Assembly (NCBI GenBank): GCA_963759115.1
Contig: CAVWXT010000002.1
Location: 373,557 to 437,556, forward strand
Reading direction: 5' to 3'
Source of the DNA: an uncultured Planctomycetaceae bacterium
GTDB lineage: Bacteria > Planctomycetota > Planctomycetia > Pirellulales > Thermoguttaceae
Length of the DNA stretch: 64,000 bases
Shown: positions 51,685 through 63,353 of the stretch, one piece after another
Numbering within the stretch: position 1 is the first letter of the stretch
Layout of the letters: the number at the start of each line of letters is the position of its first letter
Notes under the pieces: generated by a model
The model's input: only the letters and a program-made list of their open reading frames with translations
Databases searched by the model: none
What the model was told of the DNA's origin: nothing
Made by a program: the position numbers and the translations under genes

Positions 51685-52193
51685 GGCTATGCATGGTGAT
51701 GGAAGCGGAAATACTGCCTGGAGCAAATCTCATGCCCGAAGCTGCCCTGCCGACCATCTCACACCCCGCCGGCCGGTGCAAGCCGCGCCGCCAGGACCTT
51801 CGGCCGGGCGAAAGACTCTGCGACCACTGCACGGCTAAGTGCTGCCGCTACTTTGCCTTGCCCATCGACGAGCCCAAGGATTGGCAGGACTTCGATTATA
51901 TCCGCTGGTACCTGTTGCACGAGCAGGCGGCCGTGTTCGTCGAAGAGGATTGCTGGTACCTCTTGGTGCAGAACGGCTGCAAGCATCTCCGCGACGACCA
52001 CCTCTGCGACATCTATGAGACCCGGCCGCAAATTTGCCGCGACTACACCACCCGCAACTGCGAATACGAAGACGACTGGGTCTACGACAAGCTTTGGGAG
52101 ACCCCGGAACAGGTCGAGGAATATGCCGAGGCCGTGCTCGGCCCGCGCGAAGGAGAGAACGCACGTAGCGCGAAACCGCCAGCGGCTCTCTAA
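51669..52193 (+). CDS. YkgJ/UPF0153-family Fe-S/zinc cluster protein (CxxCxxCC); start uncertain
   Basis: CDHCTAKCCRYF ... CKHLRDDHLCDIYETRPQICRDY. Confidence 0.55.
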   Translation: MPRLLRLCMVMEAEILPGANLMPEAALPTISHPAGRCKPRRQDLRPGERLCDHCTAKCCRYFALPIDEPKDWQDFDYIRWYLLHEQAAVFVEEDCWYLLVQNGCKHLRDDHLCDIYETRPQICRDYTTRNCEYEDDWVYDKLWETPEQVEEYAEAVLGPREGENARSAKPPAAL

Positions 52194-52234
52194 TCCCTAA
52201 CCCCCAATCTCTAATCCCAAATCCCCAATCCCCC
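52191..52234. repeat. CCCTAAT/CCCAAT heptamer array between ykgJ and hisS
   Basis: taatccctaacccccaatctctaatcccaaatccccaatccccc. Confidence 0.5.
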
Positions 52235-52241
52235 GTCACCC

Positions 52242-53675
52242 GTGACTGAAGCGAAACGCATTACTCCCCGCACGCTGAAGGGTTTCCGCGATTATCTGCC
52301 GGAAGCGATGATACCGCGCGAGCGGCTGATCGACACGGCCCGGCGGGTCTACCGTTCGTACGGCTTCAGCCCCATCGACACGCCGGCGCTGGAGTACCTG
52401 GAAATCCTGGCCGGCAAAGGGAGCGAGGAGACCGACAAGCAACTCTACAAGTTTCAGGACCACGGCGGGCGGTGGGTCGGTTTGCGGTTCGACCTGACGG
52501 TGCCGCTGGCCCGCTTTGCGGCAGAGCACGTCAACGAGTTGGGCACGCCGTTTAAGCGCTACCACATTGCCACGGTCTGGCGCGGCGAGAACACGCAGCG
52601 CGGCCGCTACCGCGAGTTCATGCAGTGCGACTTCGATACCATCGGCACCCGCAGCGTGGCCGCCGACATTGAAACAATATTGGTCGTCGACGACCTTATG
52701 CGCGCATTAGGGTTTACGAGATCCAAGATCGAGGAAAAACCGCGCTTTCAGATACAGTTGAACAACCGGATGCTTTTGAGTGGCCTACTGGAAACGATCG
52801 GTTTAGCGGATCAAGCCATGGCGGTACTCCGCGTGCTCGATAAAGCGAACAAGATTGACCGTGCAACCTTTTTGGGCGAGTTAGGGTCAGTTCACGGCGT
52901 AACGGATAAGCAACTTGACGTAATCGACAAGTTCGCACTGATACAACAAGGGCCGTACGACAACGAGGACGCGCTAATGGAAGCGGAGAAGCTTGTCCGC
53001 AATAGCGAGTTGGGGCGGCAAGGAATAGAGTGCCTCCGCGAGGTGCTTCGGGGCGTAAGCGCGGCTGGTGTCCCCGTCGCCGGCAAGGGTGAAGAGCCAG
53101 TCGTGCGTGTAAAGCTGTCAATCGCGCGCGGCTTGGACTACTACACCGGCACAGTTTTCGAGACAGAGCTAGTCCATCATCGCCTGCCTGGCGGCATCGG
53201 CAGCGTCTGCTCCGGCGGACGGTACGACAACCTGGCCGAGTTGTTCACGTCGCAGGGATTGCCGGGCATCGGGGCCTCGTTGGGTCTGGATCGGCTGCTG
53301 GCGGCGATGGAAGAGTTGGGCATGATCGAGAAGATCGCCACGCCTGCCCCGGTCTTCATTCCTTTCTTCGACAAGGACCGCTTGCACGACTATCTGCGGC
53401 TGGCCGCGTCGCTGCGCGCGGCGGGCATTGGGGTCGAGGTATTTTGCGATCCGAAGAAACTCGGCCAACAACTGAAATATGCCGACCGCCGCGGCTTCCG
53501 CGTCGCCCTGATCGCCGGCCAAAGCGAGTTCGAGTCGGGCGTGTGCCAAGTGAAGGATCTGCAAACCGGCACGAAGCAGGACGTCCCCCTGGAGGCCGAC
53601 GCGGCCAGCGTCATTGCGGCGGTGAAGGTAATCCTGGATGGCCAACCGCGACAACCACTACGAAGCGGCCTTTGA
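52242..53675 (+). CDS. hisS: histidine--tRNA ligase (GTG start)
   Basis: Class II aaRS motifs (GFRDYLP, RFDLTVPLARF, YHIATVWRGENTQRGRYREFMQCDFD, GGRYDNL). The insertion-domain segment 52680-53000 is markedly lower in GC. Confidence 0.9.
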   Translation: MTEAKRITPRTLKGFRDYLPEAMIPRERLIDTARRVYRSYGFSPIDTPALEYLEILAGKGSEETDKQLYKFQDHGGRWVGLRFDLTVPLARFAAEHVNELGTPFKRYHIATVWRGENTQRGRYREFMQCDFDTIGTRSVAADIETILVVDDLMRALGFTRSKIEEKPRFQIQLNNRMLLSGLLETIGLADQAMAVLRVLDKANKIDRATFLGELGSVHGVTDKQLDVIDKFALIQQGPYDNEDALMEAEKLVRNSELGRQGIECLREVLRGVSAAGVPVAGKGEEPVVRVKLSIARGLDYYTGTVFETELVHHRLPGGIGSVCSGGRYDNLAELFTSQGLPGIGASLGLDRLLAAMEELGMIEKIATPAPVFIPFFDKDRLHDYLRLAASLRAAGIGVEVFCDPKKLGQQLKYADRRGFRVALIAGQSEFESGVCQVKDLQTGTKQDVPLEADAASVIAAVKVILDGQPRQPLRSGL

Positions 53676-54162
53676 GCAGTTCCTTCGCAGCCGCGGCGTT
53701 CCCTACGTGGCGGTGGACGAGGCGAAGCGGAGCCTGATGAGCGACGGCGCCTCGATCAAGAGCCTCGACTTCATCGTGTCCTCGCCTGGCCCTACGACGT
53801 GGCTGGTCGACGTGAAGGGGCGTCGCTTTCCCTCCGGGGACGTGCAGAAGCAATATTGGAAAAACTGGTCGACGCGCGACAACCTGCAAAGCCTGGCGCA
53901 GTGGCAGGAGCTGTTTGGGGCCACTTTCCGCGGGCTGTTCGTTTTCGCCTATGACGTGTTGGGCGACCGCGCTCCCTTGCCGGCCGAAGAACTGTTCGAG
54001 CACCGCGGTAGCCTGTACGGTTTTGTTGCGGTGCCGCTCTCGGACTATGCGGCCCACGCCCACCCCATCTCGCCGCGTTGGGGCACCTGGGCGATGTCGG
54101 CGGGCGATTTTCGCCGGCTGGCGCGACCGTTGGCGGAGTTGTTGGGATTGTCCGCCGGGTAG
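53638..54162 (+). CDS. HYExAFE-motif hypothetical protein
   Basis: MANRDNHYEAAFEQFLRSRGVPYVAVDEAKR...; overlaps the hisS 3' end. Confidence 0.45.
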   Translation: MANRDNHYEAAFEQFLRSRGVPYVAVDEAKRSLMSDGASIKSLDFIVSSPGPTTWLVDVKGRRFPSGDVQKQYWKNWSTRDNLQSLAQWQELFGATFRGLFVFAYDVLGDRAPLPAEELFEHRGSLYGFVAVPLSDYAAHAHPISPRWGTWAMSAGDFRRLARPLAELLGLSAG

Positions 54163-54296
54163 GATACTGCTTGTGGTGCAGCGAGTACCATCCCGATAAC
54201 TGCCCAACGAACGAAGAAAGGGGCGGCAGCACAACTGCCGTCCCTTGTTCGTGACAATGTCCCGGCGTTGGCTGCCGGCGCCTCGCCGCCTGCCCG

Positions 54297-55439
54297 CTAG
54301 AACCGGCACTCGATGCCCAGACCGCCGCCGTAGTAGAACACGCCGCCGTTGGTGATGACCGAGGTCGTGCCGGCCGTGAAATCGTTCGCGCCGATCTGCT
54401 CGGGCGCCAGGGCCACGCCCTCCAACCAGGCCATGTCGACCGAGGCCCGGAAGGCCACGTGGCGGGTCAAGGCGTAGACGGCCACAACGCCCGCCTCGCC
54501 CAAAAACGCCGCACGCTGGCCCTTCGCCGCCAGCGTCTGGTCCGTGAAGTTGTCGGGGTCGGTATTGACCTGATGACTATTCTGGCTGGCGACGTTGCCG
54601 TAGATGCCGGCCCGGCACAGGGCGCTGATCTGCAACGGGCCGCCGAAGTCGATCACCCGCACGTCGGCCCCAAGCTGGAAGCCGTAGAGGTGGTTGAACG
54701 CGTTGGCGTCGAAGGCGATCTGCGTGTCCGGCACGTTGGCACCCGGGCCCGCCACCGAATAGTGCTCGTTCAGTTGGACCATGCGGAAGCCGGCCAGCAG
54801 CGTCAGCCAGTCGGTGTATTCGTGCCGCACGTTCACCTCGCCGCTATAGAGGGCCGAGGCGTAGCGGGCCGCCGCGTCGTCGATGGCGAAGTTCGCCCCG
54901 TTGACGTCGGTCACCAGGAACGACGTGCCGGGCACGGCGAAGTGGGCGGCAAAGCCATTGACCTGGAAGTAGGCGACCTCCAAATCCCAATCGCACCCGC
55001 CGCGAAAGATGCCGCTGAGCTTGGGGCCATAACCGACGGGAAAGTCGACGAACTTTGAGTCGACCAACACGTTGGAATCCAGACCGAAGTTATCGCGGAA
55101 CAAGGCTTGGGTTCGCGTGGTCGAGCGTTGCAGGGCCACGGCCTCGGCAGTGAAGACCCAACGGGGGCCGCCGTCGCCGGGGTCGCAGAGCCCGGCCAGG
55201 ATGTTGTCGAAGACACCCGGCTCCTCGCCCTGTTCCTGGCCTGCTTGGCCTTGGTCTGCGCCCTGGCCCTGGCCCACGTTCTGGCCTTGGCCCCCATAGG
55301 CCAAGTTGCCCGCATAGGCCAAGTTATTGGAATATGGGTACCCAGCCGGGGCTTGGGCCTTGACCGGAAGGGCCGACCCGCCGAACCATGTCACGGCGGC
55401 GGCAAGCGACAGGATTACGGTTGGCAGGGAAGCACGCAT
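54297..55439 (-). CDS. outer-membrane beta-barrel protein (BBP7-like), C-terminal Phe
   Basis: Signal peptide MRASLPTVILSLAAAVTWFGGSALPVKAQA; Gly/Gln-rich linker; alternating beta strands; ends ...GGGLGIECRF. Confidence 0.55.
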   Translation of the reverse strand: MRASLPTVILSLAAAVTWFGGSALPVKAQAPAGYPYSNNLAYAGNLAYGGQGQNVGQGQGADQGQAGQEQGEEPGVFDNILAGLCDPGDGGPRWVFTAEAVALQRSTTRTQALFRDNFGLDSNVLVDSKFVDFPVGYGPKLSGIFRGGCDWDLEVAYFQVNGFAAHFAVPGTSFLVTDVNGANFAIDDAAARYASALYSGEVNVRHEYTDWLTLLAGFRMVQLNEHYSVAGPGANVPDTQIAFDANAFNHLYGFQLGADVRVIDFGGPLQISALCRAGIYGNVASQNSHQVNTDPDNFTDQTLAAKGQRAAFLGEAGVVAVYALTRHVAFRASVDMAWLEGVALAPEQIGANDFTAGTTSVITNGGVFYYGGGLGIECRF

Positions 55440-55777
55440 GTCCGAATCTCCTTGCTAGGACGATCGTACGCAATGGGCAAAGAACGAGGGCGCTTTTTTT
55501 CCCTATCGACCCCTGTAGACGGCAGGATTGGCACAAGTGGAAAGCGCGGAAAGACCATCGCCATTCCCCGCAGCCTTCCTAATATTCGCACATTACCTCG
55601 GTAAGGGGAGTCGACCGGCCGACTGAAGGCCGGAAGAGCCGACCGGGGCGTCAGGGGATAGGTCTGCGGGCTCCTTTCGGGTGTTACGTTTGCACGAAGG
55701 TGGGCAAACGCGAAGTTGACCGTGGACGGCCAGCCAACCGTCATTCGGCCCGCACAAGTCCCTGCCGAGAGCGCCGG

Positions 55778-57069
<1,292 letters not shown>

Positions 57070-57073
<4 letters not shown>

Positions 57074-57519
57074 GAAGCTTCCTCTGCCGACGGCGCCGGC
57101 GTGCCGGCTGCGCCGTTGCCTGCCGCGGGCGAATAGATGGCCGCCTGCAACACCCGCCACGACAGCAGACAGCACTTCTGCCGGTTGGGCGTCAGCCGCA
57201 CGCCGAACAGATCGAGCATGTCCTTGGCGGTGAACTTCTTGACGTCGTCGACGCGGCTGGCCGTCGAACTTCTCGACCAGCATCGACGCCGCCGCCTGGC
57301 TGATGCAGCAGCCGTCGCCGTTGAAGTACACCTCCTTGAGCGTCCCCTGGTCGTCGATTTGCAGTTCCAGGCGGATCACGTCGCCGCACAGCGGGTTGGT
57401 GTCCTCATGCGCGTGCGTGCAGTGCGGACACCGCCCGCGATGGTACGGGTCTTCGTAGTGGTCCTGGATCCGCTCCTGGTAGATATTCTTCTTCGTCGGG
57501 GGCCATAGCGTCGCCCAAC
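57070..57519 (-). CDS. sufU: SufU/NifU-like Fe-S scaffold protein, two 1-bp frameshifts (CCCCC homopolymer at about 57505; about 57270)
   Basis: (MAP)TKKNIYQERIQDHYEDPYHRGRCP..NPLCGDVIRLELQIDDQGTLKEVYFNGDGCCISQAAASMLVEKFDG, then in frame +1 VDDVKKFTAKDMLDLFGVRLTPNRQKCCLLSWRVLQAAIY. The stop TGA overlaps the sufS ATG (ATGA). Confidence 0.7.
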
Positions 57520-57638
57520 TGTCAATGGGAATCTCCCTACTAGAGTTTACGGCGGGAGGCCACCCCCGGCAAGGGGAGGAATCGACTGGGGGACGAGGCG
57601 ATATTGGCCAGTCGAGCACGGGTGCCCCTCAACCGTGA

Positions 57639-58199
57639 TTAGTCGCGTACAATGTTGCAAGGAATTCCGGCTCCGGAAAATCCCACATCCAGTCGCTGGA
57701 GAAACGATGCGTCATCAGGCGCGCCCTTATCAACGATTTTGACCGAAGTCTGCCGTGAGAAGAGGCTGCACGGCCGAGAGCAAATGATCTCCACATCAAT
57801 GCGTTTGTCGTATTGAAGCTTGAAAGGAATCTGAGAGAAGTCTGTCTCAGCCGAGAGATGCGGTTGTGATAGGCACACCCTCCATGAGTGATCTGATCCA
57901 AAGTAGTCTCCTGCCTGAGCCTCACTGGAACCTTGGTTGCCAACGAAAGCTTCTGGATATAAGAGTTCCTTGGGAATCGTCGAAAAGGTCGGGTTGCTCT
58001 TCGCTACATCCATCCAGCGAGTGAAAAGCTCTCGCCTAAGTTCCGGAACCGCTTGATTTATCAGTGACCGCGCTACTGCCGTTTTCGATAAGAAATCAAA
58101 TTGCGCGTTCATCTCCAGCTTCATCAGAGCAAACGCCACTGCGAAGCCTGCGAGAAAGGCCAGAACCGTCGCGGTACTGAACAGTGACCGAAGCTTCAT
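57639..58199 (-). CDS. hypothetical membrane protein in a low-GC islet
   Basis: MKLRSLFSTATVLAFLAGFAVAFALMKLEMN...; local GC is about 50%. Confidence 0.35.
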   Translation of the reverse strand: MKLRSLFSTATVLAFLAGFAVAFALMKLEMNAQFDFLSKTAVARSLINQAVPELRRELFTRWMDVAKSNPTFSTIPKELLYPEAFVGNQGSSEAQAGDYFGSDHSWRVCLSQPHLSAETDFSQIPFKLQYDKRIDVEIICSRPCSLFSRQTSVKIVDKGAPDDASFLQRLDVGFSGAGIPCNIVRD

Positions 58200-58253
58200 G
58201 ATAAGTATTCCCACGTAATGCGGTTCTAATTGTACCACACCTTCCACGGGGGC

Positions 58254-58743
58254 TCAACATCCCAGCACTTTTGCCGTCACCAGCCATTGCAGTTCGCCGA
58301 CGCCGAGGATGGGCAAACCATCGAAACGGATGGCGGCGATGGCCCCCTTGGCAAAACGGATCATGCCATCCGGCTGGCCAATCAGTGTGGCAGCCATGCG
58401 GTCCACGTCCGGGGCGTGGCCTACCCACGCCACCTGCTGATGCTTGTGGTTTTGCCGCGCCGTCCAGGTCAGCAGTCCCTCCAGGTCGCTGCCCGGCCGC
58501 AGCTCGTCGAGTTCAATCACCTTCGGCTCGTCCTGAGCGCCCGCGGCCAAGAGCTGCGCGGTTTGCAGGCAGCGGACCAACGGGCTGGTGCCCACCACCT
58601 GCGGCGTCATGCCGCGCCCGGCCAGCTTCGCCACCACTTGAGCAAACCGCCGCTGGCCTTCTTCGGTGAGCGGCCGCAGGTCGTCGTTGGGCCATTCCGG
58701 GCCGCGCTCGGCGGCCCACGCGTGACGAACAATGTAGAGGTCC
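58254..58743 (-). CDS. phosphohistidine phosphatase SixA-like (histidine phosphatase superfamily)
   Basis: MDLYIVRHAWAAERG...RPLTEEGQRRF (RHG motif context). Confidence 0.65.
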
Positions 58744-58985
58744 ATGAGAGTCACCAGGGGGCAGGGGGCAGAGATCAGGGAACTGGAAAAACGCATAGCC
58801 GCATCCAATATGGCTCACTTTGAACATGAGGAAACGGAGAAAACGGAGGATTGGCCTGTCTCAGTTGCCTCTGTTATCTCCTGTTCAAACCCATCCCAGA
58901 AACTTCTTTGAGGATATTTTCTCAATCCCGAAGGCTAATGGCATAACGAATCCGCCAACCAGGGTGCGTCATGCTGAAGCATGGC

Positions 58986-59956
58986 CTACTTCATTCGCCA
59001 AAGAACTCGGTCGTCAATGTGCAGCCTGGCTTGGGTCTCCGCGATGTCGGCGCGGAACCGCTTGGCGTCTTGCGGGTAGCCCGCCGTGGGCGCCAGGTTG
59101 GGCACGCGGCGGCGCCAGTAGTCGTTCAGCGCCCGCATCGCCAGCTCGCGGAGATACTTGGAGGCCATCGAAGCCAGCGCGGCCGGCAGGCACGATTCGG
59201 CCTTCGTGCGGAAACAGACCTCCACGCGCCGCTCCGCCGGCCCGAAGCGGTAGGTGCTTCTCTGCGCCCTTCGCCGCGGATTTCGACGAGCCACTCCGGA
59301 AAATGCTCGGCCAGCAGCGGCGCGTAGCGATTTCGCCCGCCGTGCTTGTCGCAAACGAGCGAGATCGGCGCCCGCGGCAGCGTTTCGACCATTTGGGCTG
59401 CCAAGGCGAGCGTTTGCTGCGAGAGCGCGGTTCCTTTCGACCCGTAGCGATCGATCAACGCATTGAATCGGTCGGCGAAGATCGCCCGGCTCCGCACGGC
59501 CACCAACCGAACTCCGGCCGCAGCCAGGCCCATCTGCAAAGCCTCGACGAACGATTCGATTTCCTCCGCGTCGCAGTCCAAGGGCGCCGGTGCGTCATAA
59601 TTGACGTACCAGGGAATCGACGGCATGTCGTCCAGCGCATCCGGTGCGAGGCAGTGCCAGACGTTACGCCAGGTGCGCGGGCGGAATTCCAACAATCCCA
59701 AGGCGGCCCACAGCCCGCGTTCCAGGTTCCGCAGGCTGCCGCCCGATTGGTAGAGCACTTTCGAGTCGGCCATCGCGATGCGCGGGCCGCCGTCGGCTGA
59801 AACGCGACTGAGTTCCCGCGCGATGACGTGTCCGACCTGATCGAACAGGTCTTCGCCGCTCACGCCGTCGGGCGCCTCCCAAACCGTAGCCGAAATCACC
59901 AGCGGCCCCAAGTTGGGCCCGTAGCCGGCCTCGTCGGTTCCGATCAGGTATCCCAT
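58986..59956 (-). CDS. hypothetical protein with a GxDEAGxGP N-terminus (RNase-H-like fold?), frameshift near 59300
   Basis: MGYLIGTDEAGYGPNLGPLVISATVW...; C-terminus in the 58986..59354 frame (..YLRELAMRALNDYWRRRVPN..). Confidence 0.35.
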
Positions 59957-59963
59957 GCGCAGC

Positions 59964-61037
59964 CTATTCGCGCGGTTTGTCGCTCGCCGACGCGCGGATC
60001 ATCTCGCCTGCCTTGTGCAACGTCTTCACGTCAACCTCGCGCAACCGGCCGGCGCGATCGGGAGCCACGTCGAGCGTGAAGATGTTGCCAACCTTCACCG
60101 CGCCTTGATAGAGCTGAACGATGTCCTCCGCGGGCATGGCCTGATCGTCGTATTCAGGGCCGGCGTAGAACCAGCGGCCCGCCTTCCGCCCGCCCAGAAT
60201 GGGAACGCAAAACTCGGCCGCCAGGAATCCCGTGTAGTTGCGAATCTCCGGCTGCTTCGCGCCGACGCCGGCCCCGCGCGGATCGTCCAATGGCGTGGGA
60301 CTGCCCATTTCGCCGAGGCGCAAGTCGCCGGCCGGCGGGCCGTGGTTGAAGCCCACGAAGCAGCCTGGCTGGAGACTCTTCACGAAGGCCGCGGTGGCCG
60401 GCTGGTCCAATCCGCCGTCGCCCAACGCGTGCTCGAACCAGATGAACTCCACCGGGCCATACTGGGTGAGCAGCTCTTTGAGTTGGGCCTTCTTGACTTC
60501 GGGATTGCTGCCGCCGCCCTGATCTACGCCGCTGGTCATGCCGCCGGGGTACTTCTTGCCCTTGGTGGCGCCGGGCCAATTGGCGCCGCCATCGATGGCG
60601 TCCGGCCAGGTCCAATCGCCCTGACCGTAGTAAAGGGCCAGCTTCAGGCCGTGCTTGTCGCATGACCTCCGCACCTCGGCCAATACGTCCTTTCCCAGAG
60701 GGCTGTTGGTCACTTTGCGGTCGGTCGTTTTGGTGTCCCAGAGGCACATGCCATCGGCGTGCTTGGTGACGAACAGCAGGTAGCCCATGCCGGCCTCTAT
60801 GGCTACGCTGGCCCATTGGTCGGTGTCGCACCCGCCGGGGTTGAAGAGCGATATCTTGGTGCTGCCCAACGCGATGTCGCTGCCGGTGAACGTGGCCAGC
60901 GACCAATGGATGAACATGCCGAACTTCAGGGCCTTGAGTTCCTCGGCCCGTTTCGTCATTTCAACCTCCGCCGATCGGGCCGTCGGGGCGGCTATAACAG
61001 CAGCGCACAACGCAACCGCAACACAAACTCGTAACAT
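59964..61037 (-). CDS. alpha-L-fucosidase (GH29), secreted
   Basis: MLRVCVAVALCAAVIAAPTARS signal; ...GMGYLLFVTKHADGMCLWDTKTTDRKVTNSPLGKDVLAE... Confidence 0.7.
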   Translation of the reverse strand: MLRVCVAVALCAAVIAAPTARSAEVEMTKRAEELKALKFGMFIHWSLATFTGSDIALGSTKISLFNPGGCDTDQWASVAIEAGMGYLLFVTKHADGMCLWDTKTTDRKVTNSPLGKDVLAEVRRSCDKHGLKLALYYGQGDWTWPDAIDGGANWPGATKGKKYPGGMTSGVDQGGGSNPEVKKAQLKELLTQYGPVEFIWFEHALGDGGLDQPATAAFVKSLQPGCFVGFNHGPPAGDLRLGEMGSPTPLDDPRGAGVGAKQPEIRNYTGFLAAEFCVPILGGRKAGRWFYAGPEYDDQAMPAEDIVQLYQGAVKVGNIFTLDVAPDRAGRLREVDVKTLHKAGEMIRASASDKPRE

Positions 61038-61054
61038 GCAGCACCTCCCTCCGG

Positions 61055-62112
61055 TTATTTCTCTGAAGGCAGCTCTCGAATCAGTCGCCCGACCTCGCGG
61101 AGCGTCTTGACGTCGATCTCGCGCAGCGCCTGGCGATTGGGGGCCACGCTGAGCGAGAAGATGTTGCCGTACTTCACCGCGCCTTGGTAGAGTTCGAGAA
61201 TATCGGCCGCCGACATGGCCCTGTCTTCGTTCTCCGGGGTATAGAACCAACGGGCCGGCTGCTTGGGGAGATTCTGGATCGGCTTGACGAACTCCGCCAC
61301 CAAATACCCTTTATAGTCGGCAATCCCCTTCTGTTTGAAGTTGACGCCGGCGCCCTTGGGGTCATCGAGCGCGGAGGGGCGGCCGCCTTCGCCCAGCCGC
61401 AGGTCGCCGCCCGGCTCGCCCGAGTTGTAGCCGACGAAACAGCGGGGCTGGAGACTCTTGACGAAGGCCGTGGTCGCGGCGTGATCCAAGCCGCCGTTTC
61501 CCAACGCATGATCGAACCAGATGAACTCCACCGGTCCGTATTGAGTCAACAGCTCACGAAGTTGCGCTTTCTTGACTTCGGGATTGCGGCCGCCGGCCTG
61601 CGGGATGCCGGCGATCATGCCACTGGGATATTTCTGCCCCTTGGTCGCACCCGGCCAGTCGGCCCCGCCCTCGATGGCCTCGGGCCAGGTCCAGTCGCCC
61701 TCCTCATAGTAGAGGGCGAACTTCACGCCGTACTTTTCGCACGACTTCCGCGCCGCGGCCAGGATGTCCTTGCCCCACGGGCTGTTGGTCACCTTCCGGT
61801 CGGTCGTCTTGGTGTCCCACTCGCAGAAGCCGTCGCAGTGTTTTGCGCAAAAGACACAGTAGCCCATCCCTGCTTCTTTCGCCACGCTGGCCCATTGGTC
61901 GATCTCGCAGCCCGTGGGGTTGAAAAGGGACAAGTCCTTGGCCCCGATGGTCTCGTCCTTGCCGGAGAAGGTGCTCAATCCCCAGGGGATGAACATGCCG
62001 AACTTGAGGTTCTTCAGTTCCTCCGCCCGTTTGACTGCATCGGCATCGGCCGATCGGGCGGCAGGCACGGCAGTGAGACTCGCACACACGGCGAGAACAA
62101 GGGTTCGGAACA
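61055..62112 (-). CDS. alpha-L-fucosidase (GH29), tandem paralog
   Basis: MFRTLVLAVCASLTAVPAARS signal; about 65% identical to the downstream copy. Confidence 0.7.
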
Positions 62113-62215
62113 TGTGACGCCTCCGTTTCGCGTGGTTCGCCCGTATCTTGGGCGATCCGACTGCGAATGTCAACATGCGGGGTTCTCGCCGCAGGGCCAA
62201 TGAGTTCTTCGATGT

Positions 62216-62278
62216 GGGAGGCGACTCCAGTCGCCGATTGTCCGAAATCAGCCGCAAATCGGCGACTGGAGCCGCCTC
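62216..62278. repeat. family-G palindromic repeat, copy 2 (GGAGGCGACTCCAGTCGCCGA ... CGGCGACTGGAGCCGCCTCC)
   Basis: The hairpin ends 3 nt before the group II intron 5' end. Confidence 0.6.
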
Positions 62279-62281
62279 CTA

Positions 62282-63067
62282 GTGCGCTTGTGAGTGTATC
62301 GAATCAGCAAGGTGCAAGTCCTTGTCGAAATTGGGTTTGAACTTCGTAACCGAAAGTAACTGCGTCCTCGTGAGAGGGGGTGGAGAGCAACTGAAGGTGA
62401 ACGGCTGGTCCGCAGGATGACGAACTCGATTCGGCCGGTTGTCGTGGCGAGCCTGCTAGGAAAAGGCGAAGCCCAAGTGACGCTGTGGTCCTCGCAAGGG
62501 ATGCGGTCGGCAGACCGCGCGGTAAGCTCCGGGGGGAAACCAAACCAAGCCCCAGAGGCGGCAACAGGTGGTTGGAGGCGGAACGGTCGGAAGGTTTGAT
62601 ACATGAAGCAAGGAGACCTGGGCGGGTACAAGGACGAAGTTCATTGTCCCTGATAAGGATACGAAGAATCGACCGCCCAGGAGTCAGAGCGTCCATACGA
62701 GCGAGGAAGCGGGGCAATGCCCGTCGAGCAAAGGGACGCAGGAAAGTGGATGAAACATGACGCACGGCCAAAACCACACCGTACCGCGAGTGTCGGCAAC
62801 GACTAGCCACGACGGACTGCGTCAGGCACACGTAACTTGGCTCAGATTGGCCGCACCGTCGATGTTGCATGTTGGTGGCCTTCCCGTGAAGGTCAGGGCC
62901 TTTCGCTTCTGCCGATCCCGAGAAGGAACCTTGTTTCCTTCCCGCGCTCGGTTCACCAATCCTCTACGAGGTAACACCACTAACCGGAGAGCCGGATGCG
63001 GGAAATCCGCCAGTCCGGTTCGGAGGGAGGGGAGGCCGGGAACTTAACCGGCCTTCCCTACCCTTAT
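62282..63067 (+). ncRNA. ORF-less group II intron (about 786 nt)
   Basis: 5' GUGCG; canonical domain V GAGCCGGAUGCGGGAAAUCCGCCAGUCCGGUUC at 62969..63001 (AGC triad, 9-bp lower helix, CA bulge, GAAA loop); domain VI with a bulged A at 63060, 7 nt before the ..UUAU 3' end. No RT-like ORF; the only ORFs inside are short and Arg-rich. Confidence 0.7.
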
Positions 63068-63353
63068 CAAGTCCCGGTTGGGAAGGACTGATCGGCCCTC
63101 GTTCTCGCCGCACGCCGAACCTGGGCGCCTCAACATAACGCGCCAACACGCCCATTTTGCCAAATCAACCGTGTTTCGCGCGTTTGCGCATGCATGAAAA
63201 GCTATTCAGCCGTAAGGGTTTGCTCAAGCCGCAGCGTCAATTCGACGAAGTAGGAGGGAGAAGGCCCCGTCCGAACCGCGCGGGCGGTCTGGACGTAGGT
63301 TCCAACTGCCTGGCGCCGCGCCGACGCGCCACCCCAACGCAAGCGCAATGGTA

